From contig NC_135807.1 in the NCBI RefSeq assembly GCF_964213995.1, positions 63,488,001 through 63,552,000 on the forward strand: a DNA stretch of 64,000 bases, in the 5' to 3' direction. Positions within the stretch are counted from its first letter, which is position 1. Each line of letters begins with the position of its first letter. This DNA comes from Mustelus asterias (lineage: Eukaryota). The notes under the pieces were generated by a model, which did not search any database, was not told the DNA's origin, and was given only the letters and a program-made list of their open reading frames with translations. Made by a program: the position numbers and the translations under genes. Below are positions 35,515 through 48,489 of this stretch, one piece after another.

Positions 35515-36430
35515 TATTAGAAGCAGGAGTAGGCCATTTGGTGTCTTGAGCCTGCTCCACCATTTGGAAGATCATGGCTGAAATGGCTATGGTCTCAACT
35601 CTGCATTTCAGCACTCCCTTGTCTATCAAAAATCTAATCTAGCCTTGAATAAATTCAAAAACCTAGCTCCACTGTTTCCTGTGGCAGAGAACTCCACAAA
35701 CTAATGAACCTCTGAGAGGAAAGAATTCTCATCATCTCCATCTTAAAAGGATCTCCATCTTGTTGTTGCACTGTGTACCCTAGTTCTAGCCTCCCCGATA
35801 AATGGAAACATCCTCTGGTATCCAAGCCCTCTCAGGATTTTATATGGTTCAATAAGATTATGTTAAATCTTAAAACCATCTGGTCCTTTAATTGTGGCTA
35901 ACTCGTAATGGGTGTCCCACTGCAGCACTCCAGAATTTTGCAGCAGCTTGCTCCTTCTTGGTGATGAAGATGCCATCTGGCATAGATATTCATCAGAGAC
36001 CCAGGAAAACTCCTGTGATATGGAAAGAGCACATTGGCAAAAATATGTCCCAACCTGACCATATCTTACAGGGAAACTGCCAAAATGGAAACCCAGTCCA
36101 TTCTCATGGTTCTCTTTCACATAGAAATGTAGAAGATAGGAGCAGGAGGCCATTCGGCCCTTTGAGCCTGCTCTGCCATCCATCACGATCATGGCTGATT
36201 GTCCAACTCAGTAGCCCAATCCTGCTTTCTCCCCATAACCTTTGATCGTATTCGCCTCAAGTGCTATATCTAGCCCCCTCTTGAATACATTCAGTGTTTT
36301 GGTATCAACCAGTTACTGTGGTAATGAATTCCACAGGCTCACCACTCTTTGGGTGAAGAAATGTCTCCTCATCTCCGTCCTAAGACTGTGAACCCTGATT
36401 CTGGACACCCCCACCATCGGGAACAATACT
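35515..36430 (-). mobile_element. Two CR1 3' fragments (35515-35865 and 36120-36430)
   Basis: GCAGGAG.AGGCCATT start and CTCATCTC...TTAAA core shared with the other CR1 3' ends. Confidence 0.75.
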
Positions 36431-36849
36431 AGCAGATCTCTCTTGGCATTGTTCCAAGCAACCTAACTCTGAAAAAGGTTGTTATTACTTTTTAAACTAG
36501 CCTGTCATTTTAAGGTACTTGCTGCGGGGCAAGACCTGAACGCAATCAGAGTTTAATCGATCTTTGCGGAGAGAAGCATACAAACTGCCAAGCACTTGTA
36601 AATTTCTGGTTTAAGATAAGAACAGAATAGCATGCCTTTCTCTTTATGAATACTTTTGACACTTTGAACTGTGAAATCTGGAGGATGATAGATGCACGCT
36701 TGATTTGAGATCATATGGGACTGATTTTCCTGTGGAATGCATCTTAGGGAACACTTATTCCTAGGCACAAAATACAGGAAATTCTGTTTCTTATTCTGAC
36801 AGCACACGACTGAGCTTAGTTAACTACCAAAGTTAGTAAATCATTGGAT

Positions 36850-37185
36850 CTCTACAGTGCGGAAGGAGACCATTCGGCCCATCAAATCTGCATAAATTTA
36901 TCCGGGCCCTCTCTTCCACCCTATCCCCTTAACTCACACATTTACTATGGCTAATCCATCTAACCTACACATTTTGGGACACTAAGGGGCGATTTTACCA
37001 TGGCTAATCCACCTAACCTGCACATCTTTGGACTGTGGGAGGAAACTGGAACACCCAGAGGAAACCCACGCAGACACGGGGAGAATGTGCAAACTCTACA
37101 CAGACAGTCACCCAAGGCCGGAATTGAACCCGGGTCCTGGTGCAGTGAGGCAACAGTGCTAACCACTGTGCTACCGTACTATGCC
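36850..37185 (-). mobile_element. HE1-type V-SINE
   Basis: Reverse complement of head, V core and tail. Confidence 0.9.
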
Positions 37186-37417
37186 ACTCTCCAAGATGCT
37201 CTCAAAGTTATGGGAATTATATATTACCAATGAAAATGACTTAAATTCAAAAGCCACAAATTCTAAAGCAAGATAGATAACATTTCTTAAAATGTAACTG
37301 TGATTGTGTATGGAATTTTCAATGAGAATGTTTGAAGAATCAAAGATGGTGAAGGGCATGTGAGTTCTTCAAAGTGTTCACCAGAAAAATCTTATTTTAG
37401 ATGTTTGCAAAGATGTA

Positions 37418-40240
37418 GGGCGGAATCTTGAGCCCCCGTTCACCGTCTGCCGCAATGGCGGAATGGGCTCAAAATGCATAGAGTTTGGAAAAGCCGGCGA
37501 GATCCTGTTTTCCAATTTTGAATGAACCTTGCCAGCGGAGTAATGTGGAACATGCCGGGGAAGAGCATGAACTTAATTTGAATGCATTAACATATTAGAG
37601 AGCACTCACGCTGGATATTGAGCACTAACCTAATATTCACGAGATGCCAGCGCCATTTACAACAGCTCTACATAAGCGTGAATCTGATGCCATCACCAGG
37701 GGACATATCGGAGGTGAGCACTCAGGCGACCATTATTTCCTGGGCAGTCCAAAATGCAAGGGGCACCAGGGAGAAAGCTGTGGATCCATGAAAGTGCAAC
37801 TTGGGACCGGGGGGTGGGGGGGGGGGGGGGGGGGGGGTGGTGGTGGTGAGGGTGGAGAGGGAGACCGCCTCCCAGTTCCTCCATGCTGGATTTGTGCCTA
37901 AACAGTAGGTTTAAGTGGGTGTCCTTCCTGTTTGGAGCTGAAAACTGGCTGGGAGGCAGCCACAAGAGAGAGGCAGTACTGGGTGCGACTATGAGGTCCT
38001 GCGTCCTGCTTGTGAGAGGCCAGGCTGCAAGGGCAGTATATGGGTATCGGCAATGGGGAGCAACCTTCATGAGGCGTAAAGGCCCTCTCATCTGGGGGAG
38101 GGCGGATGCAGTGAAACCTAGAATCCTCACTCTATCAATGGTGGTGAGGTCACAGGGGATTACTGGACAGGAAGGTTAACTCCACTTTTTTGGGAACTCC
38201 GACTATGAGGTACAGCATTGGGAGCGCATTGATTGCTCGCATGCAAGGCTGCTTAACTCCACAGCATTGAAGAGGCCAGAGAACGAGGCTGCCTCCAGGG
38301 AATTGCTTCAAAAGCTAATTCTATAACTCTCAGGATTCAGTTGTGTCTCATCAAGATGAATGCTGTTGCCAGAGAGACTAACTGACGATTTGAGGAGTCC
38401 AGCATGCCACTTTAATATCCAGAGCTAGATCGAATTGCACAGTCTGGGGAAAAAGGTTAACCCTTTGGAACACCAAGCCCCATGGATGTAGATTTGTCTT
38501 CCAATTCAAGCCTTATCAGTACACAGCTCACAACGTGGAGAATCCCCAGGCAAGGTATGATGGTGATAGCTGACAACACTCACCTTGTTCAATATCATGT
38601 CTGGCAAGGTCAGGACTTCTGTCCTTTGGTGGGTGGGGGGGCAGGAGGGAGGGGGGAATGTGCGGGTCAGATGCCATGAGACAATAGAGGGTCAACGCTA
38701 TTCATCCTGCTGGAGTACAGAGGAAGCTATGTGGGGATGTGGCTTTAGTGTCAGGGACGGTGTGCAGGAGAACAGACATTCACACAGGTAATGGGAAGCA
38801 CTGGGGTAGAAGTCACAGATGAATGGAGTGATGAGGGTCAGAGCTCTGTGACAACCTCTCAGCACTCACGGTGGTGTTCTTACTCTTTCAGTGCATGATT
38901 TCAGTGCATGGAGTCTGTTGAGTTGGCCTTTCTACTGATTGGAATTGACCAGCAGCAGAGACAATGAGATGCTGCTGCGTGTGGCCAGGATCAGCAGCCC
39001 GCAGCTGTTCAGGGAGCCAGAGCACAGAGGAGCATCGTCGGAGACAGTACTGACCAAGAATCTTCCGACGTCAATGCTCCTACATTCAGTTATCTTTGCT
39101 GGAGAAGATTACAACTGTCCAGGAAAGTGGGCCACGTCTGCCACATACTGCACAAGCTAACACCTCATGGAACTTGAGGACACTCAATGCCTGTGGCCCT
39201 TAAAGTTATAGCTGCTCTGAACTTTTATGTTAGCGGTTCGTTCCAGGGCAACAGATCTGTGGCATTTCCTAGTCTGCCACTCACAAATGTATTAGGGAGG
39301 TGACATTTGCCTTTTATGCCAGGGCTGAAATGCTGATCAATTTTGACTGGGACCAGGTGAGCCAGGACGCCTGGGCTTTGCCCAGCAGCAGGGATGCCCC
39401 AAGTACAAGGTCTGATAGACGGCACCCACGTTACTCACTCTGAATGGCACCATTCAGGAACTGCAATGGATTCCACCCCCTCAACATTCAACTCATCTGT
39501 GACCACACAATGTGCTTCATGCAAGTGTGTGCCTGTTTCCCGGGAAGTGTACATGACAGTTACATCTTGGGCCGCTCGCAAATCCCAGCTGTCTTTGAGG
39601 GAGATCAGCAGCATGAGGGACGGCTCCTTGGGGACATGGGGTACCCACTTAGGAGGTGGCCAATGACACCACAAACACCAGCAGCGGTCACAAATACCAG
39701 CAGAGAATAGATAAAATGAGGCTCATGCTTCAATGCACGTGTTGGTGGAGCAGGCGATTGGAATGTTGAAGATGTGGTTCCTGTGCCACTGCTGCCCTGT
39801 GCTTTTCTGCAGTGAGCTTGTACTCACCAGGGCTGCCATTGCATCCCAGGCGGGGGTGGTGATCTTTGTGGGAGGCCCTCTCCTGGATTGGGGGTAGAGT
39901 GTATTCCGCTTCTGCCCCGTTCCATCAAGACGTCTGCTCAGGGCTTCCTCTGAGAATCGCGGTGCAGTTTTCTGGGCTGCCATTCCCTGCTGTCACTGCG
40001 GAACAAGCACTGGGGAGCCGTTTATATGCATCTCCCCAAATGCTTGGCACGATTGAGTTCAGGAGTGGTGGGCGAATCAGAGGGAGGCTGCCACGGGGAC
40101 AGTGTTATTCTCGTGGCCATAAAAACTTTTATCAGTGAGGCTCAAGATTCGGTCAGAAATTACCCCTAAGCCGTCGACGCGATTCACTCCATTTTGTCCT
40201 GCCAGAACTGAGACCCTGCCAAATTCTGGTAAGTTCGCCC
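37418..40240 (+). mobile_element. Internally deleted PIF/Harbinger transposon with DDE nuclease (+) and Myb/SANT-like (-) pseudo-ORFs
   Basis: Nuclease motifs VQGLIDGTHV, FHPLNIQLICDH, FPGSVHDSYIL, LLGDMGYPL, VEQAIGMLKM at about 39050-39786. Myb/SANT-like ORF MAAQKTAPRFSEEAL...AWDAMAALVS from 39983 on the minus strand. Imperfect termini GGGCGGAATCTT / AAGTTCGCCC. Confidence 0.82.
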
Positions 40241-40500
40241 CCATGGCCTTCACGTTGTGTTGTGGAAAAACATTTTGTTAATTAAAAGTAACATGGTTAG
40301 TATGTTTGTTACTTCTTATGATTCACAATGTGACAATATGACAAATTTGCACTTTAATCCATAACACTCAGGAAAATATTGAATACAGTCAAGCTGCATC
40401 CTGACAAGGGAGAGAGAATTGAAAATTACAGGGGAAGTTAACTTGGGCCACTTGTTCATATTTCTACGAGATTTGTTCAAAAATAGTATTCAAAGTCCTG

Positions 40501-41186
40501 GGCCACGATTTAGCGGCCGTGTTGTCTACAGTACAATTCCCATAATGGCCAATAAATCTCACGAGATGCCGAAAACACGAATCTCGGTGGCAAGATTTTG
40601 GTTTGCGATCTTCCCATTCCCCCCGCCCCCGATCACACCCAGGAAGGCCACAAGCCCGATTTGCATGCATTATCATCTCATTTGCGGCTGTCACGATACA
40701 ACGTCCGGCCTCTATGTATCTTCCCATCCAGCCCGCATGATGCCATGCAGGCATGAATCACTGCTGGTTTTCAAAAACAGAAATGAGTTGAGATGACCAT
40801 GCTGAAAGCGCACAGGTAGCTATAGCCCTCGGTGGAGCTTCATTGTGAGGTTCTCCTTATCCATGGGGCATGGAGGGCAGGTGGGCGGTTGGCCTTGTGT
40901 GTCTGGGGGGTGGGATGGTTCCCCACTCCCCCACTGTGACCATGGCAGGTTTCAGTGTGCGTGGGTGGGAGGCTACCTTTTATTTCAATTGGAGATCGGT
41001 GCATTAGGGTTAGGGTTTTTTCTTAGGCCCCACCCCTCCAGCTAACTGTGTGAATTTTGTTTCCCTGTGAAATTGCATGGAATAGTGTTCAATACACTGA
41101 GAAAAGCCGGCTGTGCAGCCTGCAAGCTTCACACTGGTTTTTTCACCTGAGCCAACACTCTGTGCATTTTTGGACAGATTCTGGCC
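40501..41186. mobile_element. Harbinger-type non-autonomous element
   Basis: Ends GGGCCACGATTT / AGATTCTGGCC; subterminal CGAGAT and TTTGCATGCATTA motifs shared with 37418. Confidence 0.55.
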
Positions 41187-41355
41187 TTGGAAGAGACAGT
41201 TGATCCAATATCACTTGATTTACACCATGGATGAACTTGATGGTTATGGTGTTTTAATACCACCAGAGATATTCCTTGTGTTTAAAATTCAGGAAAAAAA
41301 TCCAATTTTCCTATGGTCAGAAAGTATTTACATCTCACTATTTTTTGCTCCTTAC

Positions 41356-41468
41356 CTTGGTCCAGGTGATTTTAGGATGTGGTTCTCCTTGAGCACTGCA
41401 GGATATCTCTACATCTTGGCCAACTTCTGTGGTGATATCCCGTGGCACATCAATAAACACTGGAATCA
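41356..41468 (-). CDS. PXDNL: Peroxidasin-family exon (Ig4 N-terminal half), 113 nt
   Basis: Acceptor tgtgttcag|, donor AAG|gtaagg. Encodes (V)[37 protein letters not shown]. Confidence 0.94.
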
Positions 41469-42754
41469 CTGAACACAATTGATAATCCATTGTTAGAATT
41501 TTGGACAATATGTTGAAATAGTCTTAAATTTTGTGCTGTTGATAGAGATGTAGCATTAATTAAGTTATACAATTTAAAGTTCACCTTGACTGGTTGATTT
41601 CTACAAACTACAATTTCTTCATTCTAGCAAGATTGGAACTATCAAGTTTGATGGACTATTCATTTATCTCCATAAAATGATCCTTGTAACCGTTTGTTAT
41701 GGACAGGGATGAGAGAGAATGGAAAGCCCAATCCCCTTCTCTTACTGTCCATAATCTACCGCTGAGTGTGTTGCCGCAAAGTTAGTTACTTGTGGCCTTC
41801 TTACAAGGAGGCCAAGTTTCTGTTGAACTTATAAAGGAACAGGCTAGCAATTTGTTGCTTGTTGCTGCTGTCTCTTGCCGTGTGGTTTGCAGTTGACTGG
41901 TTTCTACCTGCCTCTTGGGATTATAAATTCCATTATCTGTGACCACCTGATCAGTACTTCTGTTGTTCACCCAAATGAAAGAAGTTTGAATCTATGAGAG
42001 AAGTTGCATCAAAACTGCAGTCTGCCCAAACATTTGGCCATTTCATGGCATCTTCCCCCTACCTTGGCCCTCCCTCCCTAACTAACCTCCTTCAATGTTA
42101 ACTTGCCTCCAATGCCATCATTAAGCCCCTAAAATTTTCTAATTTACTTTTCAAGAGGTTTTCTGGCCTTTTGTTCTATTTCCATGGTTCTTCCCACTCG
42201 GTGGGATTGTGGAGGGCTTCTGAAGCCTCTTCTCCCCTGCTCATCAGTCAAGATCTTATTGAATAGTGAAGAAGGCTTGAGGGGCTGAAAGGCCTATATC
42301 TGCTCCTAATTCTTGTGTTCTTGTGAAACTCCTGAAAAATCTGACCTTAGGTCTTTCAATCTGACCTTTGGTCTTTTCGCAAATGCAAGCTTTCACTTGC
42401 ATTCCTGTGCAGTGAGCCTTGGTGACTTTCAGTTTCTTGCTGCTCTCTCTCTCCTGGATCGTAGCAGATTGCCTGTGTCTAAGAGCTCCAGGGATATCTT
42501 GGAAACCCTTCCTCCCTCAAAGTCTTCTATCCAGGTAGAAATGCTGATCAGCTATCCTTGAGACCCCAACTCTCTTTTAATTTGGAAGTAAACAGACAGT
42601 TTAAAGCATATGTGTTTACACCAAACATTCTCAACACCTTACTGGGAATTTGGAGACACAGATGCTGCTGACATTGTTTCCAAGTGTGAACACCTTGTAT
42701 CTTCTTTCAGCCAAACAGCCCAAGCTTTCCTTTAATCTTTAATTTCTGTCACCT

Positions 42755-43085
42755 TTTTTTATATTCATTCGTGGGACATGGGCATCTCTGGCCATTCCTA
42801 GTTGCCTGAGGGCAGTTGAGAGTCAACCACATTGCTGTGGCTCTGGAGTCACATGTAAACCAGACAAGTAAGGACGGCAGATTACCTTCCCAAAAGGACA
42901 TTAGTGAACCAGATGGGTTTTTCTGACAATCGACAATGGTTTCATAGTCATCAATAGATTCTTAATTTCAGATATGTTTTACTGAATTCAAATTCCACCA
43001 CCTGCCATGGTGGGATTCGAACCCAGATCCCCAGATCATTAGCTGAGTTTCTGGATTAATAGTCTAGTGATAATTGGCCATCGCC
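42755..43085 (-). mobile_element. LINE-tailed SINE or LINE 3' remnant
   Basis: TATTCATTCGTGGGACATGGGCATC tail, as at 47880-47940, plus a B-box-like GGGATTCGAACCC. Confidence 0.55.
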
Positions 43086-43189
43086 CAGGCCTGTTATCAC
43101 ACAGATGTAAGAATAGGCCATATGATTGTCTTCAATTTACCCTAAATTAAAGACAGCCCCAAAACATTTTACAAATCCCACCTTTGTAA

Positions 43190-43485
43190 CAGCACGGTGG
43201 CACAGTGGTTAGCACTGCTGCCTCACAGTGCCAGGGACCCAGGTTCAATTCCTGGCTTGGGTCACTGTCTGTGTGGAGTCTGCATGTGCTCCCTGTGTTT
43301 GCGTGGGTTTCTTCCGGGTCCTCCGGTTTGCTCCCATAGTCCGAAAGACGTGTTGGTTAGGTGCATTGACCATACTTAATTTTCCCTGTGTACCTGAACA
43401 GGCGCTAGAATATGGCGACATGGGGATTTTCACTGTAACTTCATTGCAATGTTAATGTAAGCCTACTTATGGCACTAATAAATAC
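43190..43485 (+). mobile_element. tRNA-derived SINE with the same tail type as 2427-2990
   Basis: A and B boxes; tail GGGGATTTTCACTGTAACTTCATTGC...AATAAATA. Confidence 0.88.
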
Positions 43486-45286
43486 ATTTTAAAGCATTGC
43501 TGTTTGTGAGAGTGTGAACATGTGCAAATTGTCTGTTGCATTTCCTACATTTAGTGACTCTACTTTAAAACACTTCATTGGCTGTAAAACATTTTTGAAT
43601 TCCATGAGATTTTGAAAAGTCCTATATGTAAGTTCTTCCTCTAATTCCAGATACAGATAAATAAAGCATTTGGAACCTTCCTGATTTCACCACATACTTC
43701 GCAACACAATAAAAGGTTACCTACTTCCACATATATTTTAATTATTAGAAACTATTTTTCCCCACTGCCGCCTTCCAATATAAATCCAAATTTAAAGGGG
43801 TATTAACTTCATGAAAACCTTAGCTTGCCATTTTTTCCCATTTGCTTACAAACATATGTATGACTTCAAATCAATAATGCAGTGCATCATTGCGTCTATT
43901 TTCAATGAGATCTCAAAACATGAATCATGCAGTTATTCTTGCTTATTTTTGCCAAACATAAAACATTTTTGGCAAGTACTTTTTCTACGAAGAACACGTA
44001 AAAGGTCAACTCTCGTAATAAGTAATCAAGAACATTTCTTTTGTTAATGTTGGTGTTAGTCAGGGCAATTGCTTGAAATACAAGAACTGGTTCCATTATG
44101 GACGTTTAATATATTGCAGCAATTCATATAATAGTAATTTGAAATGAAACACGATGCCATATGGAATTCTTTCAAATCTGCCTTTTGTCAATAGACAACA
44201 AAATTAATGACTCAATTCAAAATCAAATCCAAGCATTCAACAAACGTTCCATTTGGGAATTCGACAGCAACCCAAAGCACAAGTGATCTGGAGTCGCAGT
44301 ACTGTTACGTAGAATATGACTGATTTCATTTTTAATGAGCTATAATCATAAGATTGTCAAATTGTCATCAATTGAATCTTTAGGGGACTTGAAATCCCAA
44401 AGAGGTGGAAATGGAATAATTTAAACATCCTGCAACATACTTAGGAAAATAAAATAATCTAAGACAGACGGAACGATTAAATAGTGGATACTTTGTATAT
44501 TTCCCGGTTAAGCAGAGGCTATTATGTACAAAGTGCAGCTGATATGGAGGTTGTAAAAAAACACTGAGAACAAGTCTTTGTGACCATTATCTCCATTCAT
44601 GTTGTATTACATTCTTGACTCACTAGATTTATTGTATTTACGAGCAACAAGTCCTCAGAAATAAATCATATGGTTTGAACTAAAATGCAATTTATACTGT
44701 AGGAATGTTACAGTGGAAGGTTGCACCCAGTTCACTTCATCATATTCTTTGACATACTCAACATTGATGTCTTAAATATCTGGATATGTTGAACTTAAAT
44801 ATATCAACTATATTTTTTAGTATAAAATTATACAGTATTTTATTCTATTGACATCAAACCAGGACATGAAAATAAATCCATAAAAAGCCAAAATAATTGT
44901 CTCAAATTGCTTTGAATGTTCTAGTTGTTCACCAGAATTCTGCATTTAGTTGCTCTGTATGTAAAGTACAAAGGCCTCCTCAATGACAACTTTGGTGCTT
45001 TTCCCTTTGCCTTACTCACTTCTGCTAGTCTGCTATTCCCTCACTTGAATTTCTAACTTCCGAACAAATGCTTATAGCCTTGGGTCTATGACATTCAAAC
45101 AGGCAAACCCAGTGGCATGGATAACATTACTGCTGTGATTCCAACTCCTAGACTCATGTTGATTGTCCTGTGAGAGGGACAGTATAGCAGCATTGGAGAG
45201 TAGTGCAGGAAGTACCACAGAATTTATAGTGAGAGATTTGGGTTGGTTTTAGAGAAGGTGCAGTTATGTGCAGCGTCCTATGGAAC

Positions 45287-46290
45287 TGTTACAATCCCAG
45301 CTGATGTTACTACTGGACAAGTTAGGTCCCAAAGTGGATTGCAGCTCCTAACTTTTATTTTTTGTTTGGAGATGTGGATGAACAGAGTCACAGGACTGTT
45401 GATTAACATTCATTAAACAAGAAAAGATTAACGATAATACGCTACTCCTTTACCGCAGCTATACCTTTACAGGTCCATACAGCTTTGCATGGATAACACA
45501 AGTTACAAAATATATCTTACACTCTAATGTTTTCAGTAAGTACACAGTCCATGTAAACCAATAGGGAAACTGTGGTCATGCACACCACATTCTGAAACCA
45601 AGTAACAGATTCCACCCAATAGAACTTCTATGGATTTCTCATCAAATCCCCCCAGATATTTGTTATGCTGTGAGCCAACTGCTCTCACTGAAACTCTGAC
45701 TTTCACATGAGGGTTTCCAAAATCTACTCTTGAAGAACATGCCTTGGAATCTTCTTCCAAAAAACACTTTCTCTCTTCACCAAGGATCCATATCCAGGAT
45801 TTCAGCCTCTCCTTTCATCTATCCTGGAACACGCTGTGCATTTAAGCTTCCACACAATCTCTCAGGTACCCAGTCATGCCAACACAACACCACTGCTTCA
45901 CAGGTTATATGAAGGTGTCACCAAATTTGGGATCAGCACAGATATCTGACTTTTCACTAGTTGACATTAAATCTGCATCATGCAGTCATCTCTTTAATTC
46001 AGGACCCTTTTTCTGTCCTTGCTTTAGCTTCACTGAACAGGAGCTTGTTCTTTTAACTTCATAGTCCTTCTGGAACCTTTCCATTCCCTAATTTCTGAAA
46101 CTTTCTGTTCATTAGCTTCTGGGATTTGCTTTCTGTCTTCTGCATTGTCCTGCCTGTTCTGGCAGTTTCTGTAGAAAGGTGCCCCCGGGTTACTTGGTTC
46201 CAAACTGACTCGAGTGCTTCTGATTTTCAGACTCTGGTTGCTAAGCAACAGTGCAGTTTTTAAACCATATTATTGCTTTTGCATCGTAAA
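45287..46290 (-). mobile_element. Possible LTR remnant
   Basis: Starts TGTTACAATCCC and has a minus-strand AATAAA near 45355. No TSD confirmed. Confidence 0.3.
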
Positions 46291-46369
46291 ACCCCCATTA
46301 CAATGCAGGTAAAGTTTAAAGTGAAACTAAATCTAGAGACTGGACACCTTTGTTCAAATTAGCCCTCTC

Positions 46370-47945
46370 CAAATGTCCCTGCATCACTGATGTCAGTCTT
46401 CAGCCAATTTGATTCACTCCACATGATATCAAGAAATGGTTGAAGGCACTGGATACTGCAAAGGCAATAGGGAGTGGCAATATTCCGGCAATAATAGTGA
46501 AGGCTTGTGCTCTAGAACTTGCCACTAGCCAATCTGTTCCAGTACAGCGACAACAGTGGTATCAACTGGCATTGTGGAAAATTGCTCAGGTATGTCCTTT
46601 ACATATGAAATGGGACAAATCCAATCCGACCAATTATCACCCCATCAGTCCATTCTCCATCATTAGCAAAGTTATTAACTGGCTCAAGGATGGTCAGTCT
46701 GGGTTCCGCTGGGGTCACTCAACCCTGACCTTATTGCAGCCTTGGATCAAACATGGACAAAAGCGCTGAATTCCAGAGGTGAAGAGAGAGTCACTGCCCT
46801 TGACATTAGGGCAGCATTGAACGGTATATGGCATCAAGGAACTCTTGCAAAACTGGAGTCAATGGGAATCAGGGGGAAAACCTTCCGCTGGTTGGAGTCA
46901 TATCTGGAACAAAGGAAGATGGTTGTGGTGGTTGAAGGTCAATCATCTCAGCTCCAGGACATCATTGCAGGAGTTCTTCAGGATAGTGTACGAGGCCCAA
47001 CCATCTTCAGCTGCTTCACCAATGATCTTCCTTCCATCATAAGGACAGAGGTGGGGATTTTCGTTGATAACTGCATAATGTTCAATACTATTCATGACTC
47101 CTCAGATACTGAAGCAGTTCATGTCCAAATGCAGCAACCCTGGACAATATCCAAGCTCGGGCTGACAAGTGGCAAGTAACATTTGCACCACGCTATTGGC
47201 AGGCAATGACCATTTCCAACAAGAGAGGATCTAACCTTCACCCCTTGACATTCAATGGCATTTCCATCACTGAATCCCCCATTATCAACATCCTGGGGGT
47301 TACCATTGACCAGAAATTAAACTGCAGTAGCAACATAAATACTGTGGCTACAAGAGCAATTCAGAGGCTAGGAATCCTGTGGTTAGTAACACACCTCCTG
47401 ACCCTAAAACCTGTCCACCATCTACGAGGTGCAAATCAGAAGTGTAATGGAATACTCTCCACTTGCCTGGATGATTGCAGCTCCAACAACACTCAAGAGG
47501 ACACCATTCAGGATACAGTAGCCTGCTTGATTGCCACACCTTCTACAAACATTCAGTCACTCCACCACTGATGAACAGTGGCAGCTGTGTGTACCATCTC
47601 CAAGATATACTGCAGGATATTACCAATGTTCCTCAGACAGTACTTTCCAAGCCCACGACCACTGCTATCTAAAAGAACAAGAGCGGCAGATACCTGGGAA
47701 CACCACGACCTGGATGTTCCCCTCCAAGTCGCTCACCATCCTGACTTGGAAATATATCAGCGTTCCTTCACTTTCACTGGGTCAAAATCCTGGAATTCCC
47801 TCCCTAACAGCAGTGTGGGTGTACTTACACATCATGGACTGCAGTGGTTCAAGAGGACAGCTCACCATCACCTTCTGAAGGGCAACTAGGGATGGGCAAT
47901 ATATGCTTGTCTGACCAGTGAAACCCATATCCCGTAAATTAATTA
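46370..47945 (+). mobile_element. CR1-group LINE, RT domain to 3' end
   Basis: KSNPTNYHPIS, VTALDIRAALN.IWHQG, WLESYLEQRKMVVVVEG, GVLQDSVRGP.IFSCFTNDLP, INILGVTIDQKL. Confidence 0.9.
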
Positions 47946-48344
47946 AAAATTAAGCTAAACTAAGGTTTTTAACCCTTTCGTAGCACATAAATACAGGAAT
48001 ATAAATTAAGCTTACTTAAACTTAAAAGTGATGGCTGCCACTGGAAAGGTAGTTGCAACATTTTTACTTCCCTTAACCTTGGAGCTAAGATTCAGTTGTG
48101 CACTGATTCACAGTTTTGTGCAGCAGACCCTGTTGGAATTTAACCATCTCCTATCAGAAAACCAGAGAACCCCTGGTTGGATACGTTAAAAAAAAACTTC
48201 CAAGTTTCTTTTTACTGACAATGAAAGCATAGATCTCTATTCTTACTTTGCCATTCTGCCACAAGAACCAGCAAACATCCCCCTCCCATATTTGCTGCGT
48301 TGGGAATTCTTCCAATCCTAATGGATATCCTGGGGGCCAGTGAC

Positions 48345-48424
48345 TGTTATCTGACAAAATCGTCTGAATGCCATTTCAATGGAATTTCATTGAAATGGCA
48401 TTCAGCCGATTCTGTCAGATAACA
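48345..48424. repeat. 80-bp near-perfect palindrome
   Basis: 37-bp arms with 2 mismatches around a central GAATTT. Confidence 0.92.
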
Positions 48425-48489
48425 TCTGCCGGACTGCTGATGCAAAATCATGCGTGAATCATGCTGTCTGCTCTTGTTAACCTCCCATT

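Noticed and set aside
37803-37862. Long poly-G tract as a functional G-quadruplex
   Set aside because: It is an expanded G-run inside a Harbinger element. Homopolymer length is unreliable and there is no independent support.
39394-39710. Domesticated HARBI1 gene
   Set aside because: Frameshifts and stops, TIR-like ends and an adjacent Myb ORF indicate a decayed transposon.
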